Shown: positions 51,701 through 64,000 of the stretch, in pieces | How the letters are laid out: every line of letters begins with the position of its first letter | How positions within the stretch are numbered: position 1 is the stretch's first letter | Origin: Anolis carolinensis | Taxonomy: Eukaryota | Direction: 5' to 3' | DNA length: 64,000 nucleotides | NCBI RefSeq assembly: GCF_035594765.1 | Contig: NC_085846.1 | Coordinates: 12,883,190-12,947,189, forward strand | Notes under the pieces: model-generated | The model's database searches: none | Seen by the model: only the letters and a program-made list of their open reading frames with translations | What the model was told of the DNA's origin: nothing | Position numbers and translations under genes: made by a program

Positions 51701-54700
51701 GTCTCTTCCAACTCTACTACTCTATAATTCTATGATTACCCAGTTCAAAACAGATATTGTGGGTTATTCTGCCTTGATATTCTGGGTTATATGGCTGTAT
51801 GGAAGGGCCCTGGGTGAGAGTTACTGCCCTCTAGAGAAAAAAAGGTCACATACTTCTTCCAGCACTCTAGCCTAGCCTAGACTGGACTGCTGCCTACCAG
51901 TGAGATGGTGCCCCAAGCTTGACATGTGCTTTAGCCTTGTGTTCAGATCAAAATAGTTCAAAAACATGTCATTCCAAATGGGAGGGACTGAAAGGATCTG
52001 GCTATATAGTTAAGATACTTTGTAATGCCCTGGAAACTGCCTTTTTGATTCTTTGGGGGGAATGTTTGGGGACTATCCCCAATTGACATGTGTTTTCCTG
52101 AGCTGTAGCACTTTAGGCCAGTTCTTCTGCCACTCTAAATGATTCATTTCTCTAGTCCAAATATTTCTTGGAACACATCATTGTCTTTTTTCCATAACTG
52201 TATTTCCTCTTCTGTTTAGATGTTGCCCTCATTGGCCTGAACTCTGAACAGTTTATTTAGATGTCTAGTTTTATTGGAAGGATACTGGGTGCACTTCTGA
52301 ATTACTCATTGTGTCTGGATGCCTATATTTCTTGCATGCTGACCTATGTCCCAAATATGTTTTGCTGTGCGTGGGGTGACGGATTGTGCTGTAGCTATAG
52401 TAGCATGACTCCAAACAATTTTGGGGGATTGAACTCCTTCAAGTTTGTGCTAGTTGTCCAGTTGACATTGACTCAGAATGTTCTCTGTTAACCACACATT
52501 AATGGTAGGATGGAGTAAGGAGAGAAAAATGAAAATATACAAATGTCTGTAGCTAACCTGGACAGACAAAGGAAGCAGTCACAAGCTGAAGTTTCCCTTC
52601 AGTCTTATTACTGTTAAGAAGGGGATGAGATAATGGATTGCCCAATGGCTGCTCTGTTGCTTCATAGTCTCCCTTGAAGATGGGATGCAGGGATAGATGT
52701 GCTGCTCACATGGCTGAGCCTTGCTGCTCCTACTTGACTTTAGGCTGTTGGTAAAGTGCATGTGGAGGACCAATGGCGTTTCAGATGTTATTGGGCTTTC
52801 ACTCCTGTCAACCCTAGCCACCATAGCTAGTTGTCAGGGATGATGTGAATTGTAGTCCAGGAATATCTGCCAGGTTCACAAGTTCCATATACTTTGATGC
52901 ACAGTTTTGGTCTTGGCTGTTGAAGAAGCACAATGCAAGGAATCTCCTTGGCATATGTTTATACCCAAAGCATGGCTTCTGTTTTCTTATTTTGAAAGCA
53001 CTACTCCCCCTTCATTCCTATCCCTTATCCTATGAGCACCTTTTAAAGCTCCAAGAATTTTAGAGCACCCTGCAATCCAGGTGGAGAAAAAAGGTGAGGC
53101 TGCTACAAGAATCAATTTATCCAGAGTCTTTTAGGTGATTAATGTGTGCAAGCATGCACACATGTATTATTGTTCAAGAAGAACTTTCAGAGATTTCCAG
53201 CTATCTTACACCCCCACTTCTGTGTCAATTATGTCAGATCCAGAGCTTGGGAAATATGGTTGCTAGGAAATTTTGGGAGTTGTTGCCCTCTTCCCCCCAA
53301 TTCAGCTTTTTCAAGCCCTGGTCACACTATTGCTATCCATCCTTGTTCTTGAAAGCTTGGAGATTTAGAAACTTAGCTTGCCAGACCTACAACTGTGTAA
53401 GAAGATGAATGACCTTGAGACACACATTTAAATACCATATTATAACTTGTTCCACTTCTCTTAGTTCTTAAGTGACAATGATAAGATGGAAGAAGGATGA
53501 GGGTCATCTTTTAATTCACTAAGCCCTAAGAGCTTAATTTGTTTTCAAAGGGTGGAGACTGGGGAATTTAATGTTGTTTCCTTGACTTCTTGGGTTATGT
53601 AAACAGTGTGTATTTGTGAATTTAAAAATTGGCTAAGCTGGCATCGCAGTGTGTAGTTGCCTCCTAACAATGAGTTCAACAGTCATGTCTGAATCTGAGC
53701 TTTCATTAGAAAGAGGAAGGAGACTGCTGATCTCATGGTTTGATGAGAAAGACCTCATTGGATGCCAGCCCTCCTTCCCCAACATGCCTCATAATAATTA
53801 AGAATGTAGGAACTACTCTTCTGGTTAAGACAAGAGGCCTGTGTAGTCTTGCCCTTTGTCTTCAGCTGCCAGACAAGTGCCTCAGGAAAGCCTGAAGGCA
53901 AGGCGCGTGGAAGCAGTGATTGTTTCTGACCAACAATTGCAAGTGGAGGAACCTTCCTTCTCAACAGGAAGAGGATAAAGGGAGTCTGTTGTGGTATACT
54001 GTAGAGCCAGCATGGTGTAATTGTTTGAGTGTTGGATTAAAATTCTGGGAGAACCAGATTCAAATCTCTGCTCAGACATGGAAACCCACTGGGTGATTTT
54101 GGGCAAGTCACATTCTCATCTTCAAAGGAAAACAGACAGAAAAGCCCTCTGAACAAATCTTGGCAAGAGAGCCCAGTGATAAATTCACTTTAGGGTTGCC
54201 ATAATTTGAGGGCTCACTTTAATAATCTGAATTTATTTAGCTTACATCTCCTCAGCCAGCATGACCATGTTGGCTGATAGATTTTGAGAGGGGCAATCCA
54301 AATGGGTAACAATTGAGAGCTCTAAAATAACCACTAGCTTATTTACTTACCGGCAGTTCGTTATTTTAATATCTCTCATTTTTCCTGGCATGGTATCTAA
54401 GGCAGCTTACAAGTTAAAACAATGTTCAGATGCAGCCTTCAGGAGCTTGCCTGATTATCCATTATTACAGGCCTTTATTAAAGGAAAAGGCGCTCAGTAG
54501 GCAAAATCATTCTAGATTTTTCAGAAAGAAAAATTTAGTACAGCTGTTAAATATGAAAATGTCAGTTAACCTATATGTAAAGACCAGTGACTAATATAGA
54601 ACATGTTTTTAGTTGCTACATAGAAGAGTGCAACCTTTTGGTGGTTTTGTAGTCTGCTGACTGGGAGGTTTGTTCCTCTGTAGAATAATGGATAGTAATG

Positions 54701-57700
54701 GAGTGTGTTTGTGTAAAGGATTAGGGTCTGTTTTGGTTTTGCTTCAGCTGGTCCCTTTGTGGGGGCTGGAGCTTTGTTTCCTGGGAGGGACGGGGTGGAC
54801 CAATTGTATGTAGGTTCTCTTCTTGGATGTGGATTAGCTGCTGTTCCCTCTGGACCATCTGTAGTGCCTTCTGTTGTCCTTCAGCAGCCTTTGAAGCTGG
54901 AACCCTCCAAGGAAAGCCAGTTATTGAGAAAGGATTGTCAGAAAGGAGACAATAGCTGGGTGGGGGGAGAGATAGATCTGCAGCTATTAGAAGCCAAATT
55001 GCAGGGGGTGGGGTAGATCTGAAAAAGAGAAGACTTCCTTGGGAGGGGAAAAGATCAGACCCTCAGCATCCTTTGCAGCTGAGTTCACTTTGGTCCATTT
55101 GAGACAGTCTTAGGATTCTTATGAGTTATTGGGGAGAATATAACAACATAGATTCATTATTATGTACAGTACTTATATTTCCATCTCCATCTTATATCAT
55201 AACTATTTGAGAATAAAATTTAATTTACTATACCTGGTTCACAAGCCATTTGTGTTCTGCCTTCATTTTGCTTCATAATCAGGTGATGGCCCCCTCCTTG
55301 AACCACATGCCACAAGATTCAACCATCCTATTTCCATGAGCCCCACAAATAGTAGCTCATTTGGCCTTTGCATCAAGTATTGCGTATGGATTGATGGTTA
55401 GATGAGCACATGGCTATCTCATTTGATAGTGTTCACAAGGTTCTCACAATTGGTTGCAAGAATAAAATGAAACTCAGTGATGGTTTGAAATAATAGATGG
55501 GCATGAATTATTAGTGTCTTTATCCTTCTTCAGTTAGAAGGGCTTCTAGAAAAAATAATGTGTCAGTGAAAACAAGTGCCTTAAGGCTTTCTATTTGAAA
55601 AGTCATGACACAAAAGGAACAAGCAATGGAGAGAGTAAAGGAAAACTAAACTGGTGACTGAGTTTCCAGTGTTACAATGTTTTTATAATGATCAATTATA
55701 ATACAGTTGGATGTTCAGTCATCTGAGCTCAAATCACATGGAATGGAACTGGAGCAAACAATGAAGAAGCTAAAAATGACTTATTTCCTCACCTGGAGAG
55801 GCAGTGGAGTGGCCTTTCTTCTTGTCTCTTCCTCTTCTATAGTAAAGGTAAAGGTTTCCCCTGACGTTAAGTCCAGCCGTGACCGACTCTGGGGGTTGGT
55901 GCTCATCTCCATTTCTAAGCCGAAGAGCTGCCGTTGTCCATAGACACCTCCAAGGTCATGTGGCCGGCGTGACTGCATGGAGCGCTGTTACCTTCCTGCC
56001 GGAGCGGTACCTATTGATCTACTCACATTTGCATGTTTTCGAACTGCTAAGTTGGCAGGAGCTGTGGCTAACAGCGGGCGCTCATTCCGCTCCCGGGATT
56101 TGAACCTTGGACCTTTTGGTCCACAAGTTCAGCAGCTCAGCGCTTTAACACACTGTGCCATCAGGGGCCCCTCTTCTATAGCTGGATGGAAATGGTGTTG
56201 GGTGAAAGTAGTGGAAGCTTGATAAAGCTGGTTTTTCAGAAGGCTGATGTTGCCACTTCTAATGTGGGAATATTGGCCAAGTCCAAAGCTCCTTCTTTTA
56301 TGCTGTCTCATTATCCGGAAGCGAACAGAGGCTGTTTCATGTGGTTTATTTACAGGTTGGAACTAAACTGAATAGTGTTGGGGGTTCAGGCTTGTTTAAT
56401 GGTAAAAAGAAGTCTCTCACACACAAATACTCATTGATGGCTTTGTTTTCAAAGTGTGGCTGTGAAAATAAAGCCCTCTTCCCCTTTTCTCCCAACCAAC
56501 CCATATCTTCCTTGCCTTTTCTTTCAATCAGCCCCACCACTTCCTGTTTGGCACACAGCCCTTCCTGTTTCTCACTGAGTTCTGTTAAAAGGAGCTCTGC
56601 CCAGCTCCTTCCATGTGATTGCCTTCCTCAAGTCTCCTGGACTGAAATGAGTATGTCCCTGTACCTGAAGCACATGAAATTTGATGCCTCTCCTTTCTTT
56701 TCCTCATACAGTGGGCCCTTGGTGTTCACTGCAGTTTAGTTCCAGGATCCCCCTGTGAATACCAAAAATCCAAGGAAACTCAAGTCCCACTATTATACAA
56801 TTGTGCAGTAAAATATTAGTACTTATATAAAATGAAATATCAAGATTTGCTTTATGGATTAAAAAAAACCTATTTTTCAGCCATGCATGGTTGCATCTCT
56901 GGATACAGAGGACTGACTGTATGTGCATTTAGTTTATCTTCTAATGCCAGGATTTAAGAGTTTGCTTGTCATCTTGCACATTCCCTCATCAGCAAAGAAA
57001 ATTTGGGCAAAACTTATTGCCGATATCACAGTTAACTGTTATGAGGGAGCTTTTAGCTAAATAATTTTATGTTTGTTATTATGTTGTATTTTAATGGTAT
57101 CAAATTTTAATTGGCAAGATCTTTATGCTAATTGTTTTATGTAGTAATTTTATAATGTTTTATACCATAGTCCTTTTATACTGTTTTATATTGTTGCTTT
57201 TTTACATTGTTTTATATTGTTGTCATTTAGATATTGTTTTGTGTGTGTAAATGCAAATAATCTTTGGTTTGGACATTAATAAACAGAAACAATGACACCA
57301 TTCCCTTGTCCAAAGCCTAACTAATCAATCAAAACTAGAGTGGATTTTTTTTCTAGTTTCAATTATGATAGCCCACTTCAGTGTTTTATTTTCTACTGTA
57401 TTTGCCTTAGAAAGTTGAGGTCATTGTAAGTCTTGCTTGTTTGCTCATATATATATTTCATGAGCTTGGAAGCAGGAAGGGATAGTGAAAAACCACAAAT
57501 CTATCATTGCAGAGATCTGTCAGGAACATGATCTCAAATGACATAGCAAGGAAACCACTTTGGCATTTCTCATCCCATCATCTTCATGAAGGCTACAAGG
57601 CCAGAGCAGAGGGTTTGGCCAAAGTCTAATCCAGGGATTTTCCATGAGAGGCACCTGAATCTTTGTGTATATAAACAAACAGAGAAGTGGCACTAAAGAA

Positions 57701-60700
57701 ATTGTGTCAGCTGCTTTCTTGTTGATGAAATTGCAAGAGTATATATTCAGGTTGGGGTTATTATTTGCTATCAAGTCATCTTTTTCTCATGGAGTCTGTG
57801 AATGAATAACTTCTAAGATCCGCAAGCATCTGGTTCCCTGCTCAACTCTCACTAACTCAGACCTGTGGGGTCCTGTAGTACGGGTCTCCTTCTTTTCCTA
57901 CTGCCTTTCACTTTGCCAAGCATTATCGTCTTTTCCAGTGAGTCACATTGTCTCAATATGTCCAAGGTATAACAGCCTCAATTTAGTCATTTTAGTTTCA
58001 GTGAGAACTCAGGCCTGATTTGCTGTAGAATCCATTCATTTGTCTTTATAATAATCCATGGTATCAGTTCAATTTAGTTTGGAGATAGCTTAGTATGTGT
58101 CATCTCAGGGTGATTGTGACATGCAGAAAGTACTGGATGGAAGGACACTCTTACGGCCTATGAAGCTAGAGAATGAAATAATTCAACACCATCACAACAC
58201 CTACTCTGATCAAAAGAGCAAAGCACTTTCTACTATCTGCTTCTAAATGTGTCTGTGTTAAGAATGGGCTTGCAGTTATTTCCCTCAGAAATGTCAGATG
58301 CCAGAGGAAAGGGGTCAGGCCCTGATGTATTGCACAGCTATTCCCCTAAATAAAAGAAATGGCAGGTAATTTGTTCAAAATAAGAACATAGTTTGGTTTC
58401 TACAGAATGGTTACGTTTAGATTCAGGCAAAGCTCACATATTTTCTCTTCTGAGTTCATTATGTATGTCCTCTCCTGTTTTTCTTGTTGCAGGGAAAGCG
58501 CCATCCCTGTGGACGTGGCCAGGCAGAGAGAACTCAAATGGCTGGACATGTTTTCCCACTGGGATAAATGGCTATCACGCAGATTCCAGAAGGTGAGCAA
58601 AGATGAGCCTCTAGCAATTGGAGGGAAGGACCCCAACTTACATTTGTTGGATGCTCATATGTGCATGTTTATTTCATTTATTTTATCACTTCTCCATTTT
58701 ATTTCAGGTAAAATTGCGCTGCCGGAAGGGAATTCCTTCATCCCTCCGAGCCAAAGCGTGGCAACTTCTCTCCAACAGCAAGGAGCTTTTGGATCAAAAT
58801 CCAGGGAAATTTGAGGTATTTCTGGGTGCTGTTTCAGTGCTGCTATACAGTGGGACAGGATTTCGGTCTCTCAAGCAGAGAAAAAGCTAGCTCAATTTCT
58901 TTATTTTTTTCAATGATTTATACCCCACTTTTCAAGACCCAAATCTGTACAAAGCATGGTACATTTAGCATCAAAACAGATGATAAAACCACAGTAAATA
59001 ATGTTAACTTATAGAACCCATTAGGATCTTTCCCACAGGTTGAGCTTTAAGAATTACTGTTTTGGACTGCAGCTCTGCTGGTGATGTTGGGAGATACAGT
59101 CCAAAAAGTAATTATTTTTGTGCTCAACATATAGAGCAATAGACAGTAGTTGGCACAGTGAGGGGTGGCAGTGAGTCCATGTAGAGGAGGGTCAGATGCT
59201 GCATGTCTCTTTTGCTTGCATTTCTGTCTCTCCTGGAATCCTTTCCACAAGAGTGAAAGCAAAAGTCCAGCTATAGCATCCCTTGGTGCCCCCTCCCACC
59301 ACCTCCTGCTTCTCAAATTCACAATATCTTTTTTCTGCCTTTTTCCTAGGAATTGGAACGGCAGACTGGAGATCCCAAGTGGCTTGATGTGATTGAGAAG
59401 GACCTACACAGGCAGTTCCCATTCCATGAGATGTTTGCAGCTCGGGGAGGCCATGGGTGAGGAAAGGCATTTGGCAGAATAGCTAGAAACCATCCTGTCT
59501 AGGGTCATAAAGTCCCTGTGTTGTTCTTATGTTTTTTAAGCTTTTTGAAAGCGCACTTCATATTAGAAACCTTCTTAAATATACTAGGATGATTCTTCCT
59601 GTTCTTCCTTATCTCCAAAGCTCTTATCTCCATTCATTTTACCTCCTTCCTTTCCTTGCACCCCCTCGCTTCCAGTTCAAGGTTAATAGGGCTTGCAGTT
59701 AAGTCAGACACTTGGGAATACTCCTTCTCTCCTTGTTTTACAAAGTATATTGTGGCCTTTGACTTGGAAAACCCTGAGCCTAGACTATTCCCTATGCCCT
59801 CTGATCTATAAAATACTCCAATGAAATAAAGTGCATAACTATTCTGTCAGCTGGCCTTAGTCTGGAACTTATGTGCTCTAGATTTATGTCTCCAATCCTT
59901 TCCAAAACTCAACAATCCCAGTTTGGGGCAATACTTCCTTGAGACAGAGGAAGTCTCTTGCTTCCTAGTCTTATGCCTCTCCTCCATCACAGGCAGCAGG
60001 ACCTTTACCGTATCCTGAAAGCCTACACCATCTACCGGCCGGAAGAAGGTTATTGCCAAGCCCAGGCTCCCGTGGCTGCAGTTTTGCTGATGCATATGCC
60101 TGCAGAGGTGAGGAGCTGCACTGTCATGTTGAAGAACAATGGGGAATGTGGCAGACTGCTTGAGAACTTGAATTCTCTCACAGAGGTGTGGGATGCAGTG
60201 GGTGTGTTTTGGAAAGAGCCATATTTCCTGAGTGATCTGCATTGACACAGAACTTGAGCAGGCTGCAATGTGAGACATGTTGTAAATCTAGAAAACTTGG
60301 AGACTTGGTGGCAACAAGAAGTGACTCACACCAGACTTGGCTAGTGCCCCCCTCCTAAGCTGCTCCCATGTTTCCATATCATATATACATGCATAATGTT
60401 GAAATATGGGCACTAATGCAGGTTGCACATCCCAAATCCAGACATCCAAAATGCTCTAATATCTGAAATCTTTTTGCTGCTAAGCACCTGCTTTTAACTT
60501 TGAGGCAGCAGCTGCAGTTCTCCTGTACATTTGTTTGCAAGGCAAAAGTAGGCAGCTGGCAGATTCTGTACAATGTATACCATTTTTTTTAAATACGTGT
60601 ATCAGATCTGTTATACCATCAGCCTCTCAAATTCCCAATCTCCTTCCAACCTATTGTCTCATACAAAAAAAAGTGTGAATGAATGTGGCGTAAGGATAGA

Positions 60701-63675
60701 AAATAGAGACAAATGGCTGTGAAATGGCAAGAGGTGTGGATTTGTGCCAAGGACTATGCTTGGATTCCTACCATTTCATAGATATTTCAAAATCCAAAAC
60801 ATTTCTGGTCTATGAATTTCACATAAAGGATAGTCAACCTGTATAAAGAAATGTGAAAGGGTCCACAGTCCTATGGTCTCATCTTTGCCCCCAGATTTGC
60901 CTCTTCACTTGTGCAGTATCATAAAGGAAAGATGGTAGCAGGAGAGAAGAGGTTTTAGCCTTGGGAGTGAAAGCTGAGCCTCCTGAATTGAGGACCAGTT
61001 GACTTTATGGGTGTGGGGAGCAGGCCAGGACCCTTGGAAGGCATGCCCAGCCTGTGGAGAACTACCCAGTTTACCTGTGCTGAGAACTTCTTGGTCTCTC
61101 TCCACAGCAAGCTTTCTGGTGCCTGGTGCAAATCTGTGAGAAATACCTCCCTGGCTATTACAGTGCCGGACTGGTAAGTATGGCTGACGAGAAAAAGTAA
61201 TAAGTGTTTTTGTTGGGATTCCTCACAGGGAAAGCTTTCTGTGCAGTTCAAAAAATTTTATGGGTGGATGATGTCCTGCACCACTACAAGAGTGACTGTA
61301 CATTTTGTGTTGTTGCATCACACTGCTTGTTTTGCAAAGAAGAAAGAGGCCTCCCACAAGCCAGGAATCCCCAGAGAAAGGGTGGAGGACCAGAATCCAA
61401 GAACATTGAGAAGCCGAGTCATGAATAAAGAGAAAAGGGTTTTCCTAGCTTTCATTTCTCTCATGGCTTGGCTCATCTGAATTACCTTCTAGAGTAGTGG
61501 TTCTCAACCTGGGGTCCCCAGATGTTTTGGCCTTCAACTTCCAGAAATTCTAACAGCTAGTAAACTGGCTGGGATTTCTGGGAGTTACAGACCAAAAACA
61601 TCTGGGGGCCCAGGTTGAGAACCACTATTCTAGAGTTTATTTTCTAATCTGTTTTACTTCCCGTCTTTCTAGTCAACTTGAAGCTTAAATCCTGTGACTT
61701 TGAGACATAAGTCACTTGCCCTCAATAAGCTGATCCATTTGTGTCTGGGATTGTGACTTTTGCATGGAAATGATGCTGGGTAGATAATAGATCAATGAAC
61801 AGCTAGATCATTCTGCTGCTGATGGGCTAATACAAATTCAGCCACCGGATTTTTTTTTCTGGGGCCTGTCCAGACAGTATCTTTATCCCAGGAGTTCCCA
61901 CATCCAAATTGAGGGTGGTCAAACACCATCCCCTGAAAACATGGGAGGAATCGCTACAAACGGCAAAAATGCAAGATTTTCAGGTGCGGGAATATCCCGG
62001 TTCTGGCTGGAAAATGCGGATATTCAAATCTCTGTATGTCCCTACATTCAGAAAATACGGAATTTTTATGTTGGTTTGTTCCTGGGTTATACATGTTGGT
62101 TCCTGATTGGTTATATCCTAAAAACATGGAAACAGTTGACTAGAGGGCGACAACTTTATCCTGCAAGATAAACGTCATCCTCCACATGTTTAATGAAGTT
62201 TGTGACACACAAACAAAGTTTTTGCCATGTAATAACTTTCCCCATGTTTTATTTTAAAAACAATGAGTAACAGATATGTATAACCTAACAGCAGCACCCC
62301 ATAGTTCCCAGGCACAAGTACATGACCAAACCTGTCTGTACAGATTGCCATGCAGCCTCTATAACCCAGGAACGGAACTTATACAATGATTCGCATATTC
62401 GCATCTTAAGTTTCTTTTTCTTTTTTTAAAAAAATGCTGAAATTTCTGGCGGATGTCCCGTGGCGACCATCTTTGGGGCTGCAAAATCCCAGGACAAACC
62501 AGCAAGTGTGGACAACGGAGGCAGAAATCCCAGGACCAACAGGTCTGAATGTGGACCTCTTCTCAGGTCCTGGGATTTTTTGCCCCTGACTAAAACCCAC
62601 AATTTGGTGATGTCTGGAAACACCACTGGTTACACCAGTTTTTCAATTACTGCAATGCTAGCAATTTGGGAGCAGAAGGTAAATCTCTTGTGGGTAGCAG
62701 AATTCCTATTTTGTAGGAGCAACATCCTAATTTTGTCCTCTTCCTTGTAGCTATACCTTTATTGACAGGTAAGATTTCTTGCTTTGATATTGGGAAAACA
62801 TTTCTGGCTTTCAGCTTTTTATGCAGCTGTTCAAAATCACAGAACACAAAATCAATTAATCACAAAGCCATTACCTAAAACATAAGGCAAGCTTCCCAGC
62901 TCAAGGAAGCTGCAAAGTGTAGTTATTGGGGCCACTTCAGATGTATAATTTCTGTTTCTGGCCACCTCATTTCTTATGCCACTCACAGAGACTACAAACA
63001 GTATCTAGCAGTGGGCTCTGTTCTCACTGGAGAGAGAAAGAGATTGATTGCCAATCCTATTGCCCCATGTTCACCCCCAATCCCCCTTGTTTTGTTCATC
63101 ATGTGCAGGAAGCAATCCAGCTGGATGGGGAGATCTTCTTTGCCCTGCTCCGACGAGCATCCCCTATTGCCTACCGACACCTGAAAAGATACAAAATCGA
63201 TCCCATTTTGTATATGACAGAGTGGTTCATGTGCATCTTCTCCCGGACTTTACCCTGGTGCTCCGTGTTGCGTGTGTGGGACATGTTCTTCTGTGAAGGT
63301 GAGACTCATTCTTTCGTTATTCACTTAGCTGCTTGCCATCTTTACATTGAGCCACTTGGAATCAGTGGCATTCCACTGGATATTTTTTTGGTTTAATTTC
63401 TGTGCTCACACAACCTTCCCATGTTAATTACCCATTTCTCAGTCCTTCTCTTTGTGGTCATTTATGGCACTTGGCCTCTTCCCACTTATTCACCAATTCA
63501 TCCTTGTCTCTTCTCTCTAGGGGTGAAAATAATCTTCCGGGTTGGCCTAGTGTTGCTCCGGAATACACTGGGCTCAGTGGATAAGCTCCGCTCATGTCAG
63601 GGCATGTATGAGACGATGGAGAAGCTACGGAATCTGCCTGTCCAGACCATGCAAGAGGACTTCCTGGTTCATGAG
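48737..63675 (+). CDS. TBC1D10B: TBC1 domain family member 10B (Rab-GAP), exons 1-8; final exon lies beyond the window
   Basis: Exons 48737-49494, 58493-58592, 58708-58815, 59350-59456, 59993-60107, 61108-61173, 63109-63298, 63521-63675 with consistent phases. METG start, [41 protein letters not shown] (R finger) and YCQAQ (Q finger) are 10B-like. Confidence 0.95.
49612..50130 (-). mobile_element. L2-like 3' end
   Basis: (AAT)n-AAACTTTATT tail with CTCAGGGCAG stem; degenerate ORF2 tail near 50050-50130. Confidence 0.5.
50819..51737 (+). mobile_element. CR1 LINE (5'-truncated) nested in Harbinger-like MITE 50737-51810
   Basis: [10 protein letters not shown]..., [10 protein letters not shown], 3' UTR and ATTCTATG tail; nearly identical to the 6170-7030 copy. 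Confidence 0.92.
54005..54210 (+). mobile_element. Old MIR-like tRNA SINE
   Basis: GAGCCAGCATGGTGTA..GATTCAAATC..CACTGGGTGA..GGGCAAGTCAC; many decayed relatives across the window. Confidence 0.55.
55843..56170 (-). mobile_element. Sauria SINE, full-length with TSD
   Basis: Flanked by direct repeat CTCTTCTATAG; (ACCTTT)n tail. Confidence 0.9.
56710..56919. mobile_element. Tigger-like MITE
   Basis: TA-CAGTGGGCCCT...GAGGACTGACTG-TA. Confidence 0.55.
57750..58070 (-). mobile_element. RTE-clade LINE 3' fragment
   Basis: Reverse strand resembles the RTE ORF C-terminus (W...IKPE.SL...MTK.RL.Y.GH...[15 protein letters not shown]). Confidence 0.55.
61495..61627. mobile_element. Palindromic hAT MITE
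   Basis: TIR TAGTGGTTCTCAACCT; perfect TSD TTCTAGAG. Confidence 0.85.
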
Positions 63676-64000
63676 GTAGGAACTTGTTTTGTCTCTCTTT
63701 AAAATATTGAGATTGACACAGCATAAGGCACATTGTGTGGGTTTCTCATTAGACAAAAATAACAATTTTAATCTAATATAAAATAATACAAATAAAATTA
63801 AAGCAGAGAACAAGGAATATGAATCTGACAATGAAATCTGCATTGGAGGTAAGTTATTCTGCACAAATAACTTACAAACAGTTATTCTGTCATACAAAAA
63901 AGTGGGGTAGGACAATACTAAAGATGGATTGAAAGTGATAAGAAATACCGAATTGAAATAAAAGACTTTTTCTTCTTGCAACAATTCAGATTTCCATCTT

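Overview
Vertebrate (squamate, Anolis-like by its Sauria-SINE/Anolis-SINE2/CR1/Vingi repeat content) genomic DNA orthologous to human 16p11.2. I reconstructed spliced genes exon by exon from GT-AG boundaries and phases: SEPTIN1 (+, 11 coding exons, 363 aa), DCTPP1 (-, 4 coding exons, 250 aa), QPRT (+, 3 coding exons, 301 aa), MYL11/MYLPF (-, 7 exons, 170 aa) and the first 8 exons of TBC1D10B (+; continues past the right edge). There is also an orphan signal-peptide first exon on the - strand head-to-head with SEPTIN1 (ITGAL-like by synteny, unconfirmed). The most notable observation is that DCTPP1 appears to start in an extra upstream exon (22364-22645, -) encoding a BED-like zinc-finger module resembling the N-terminus of hAT transposases. 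It splices in phase onto the MazG-fold dCTPase, i.e. a candidate host-transposase fusion gene. Introns and intergenic DNA are dense in SINEs, CR1/L2/Vingi/RTE fragments, hAT/Harbinger/Tigger MITEs, Penelope-derived inverted repeats with decayed hammerhead cores and a solo LTR. All gene models are inferred from sequence alone, and family names come from recognition, not database search.
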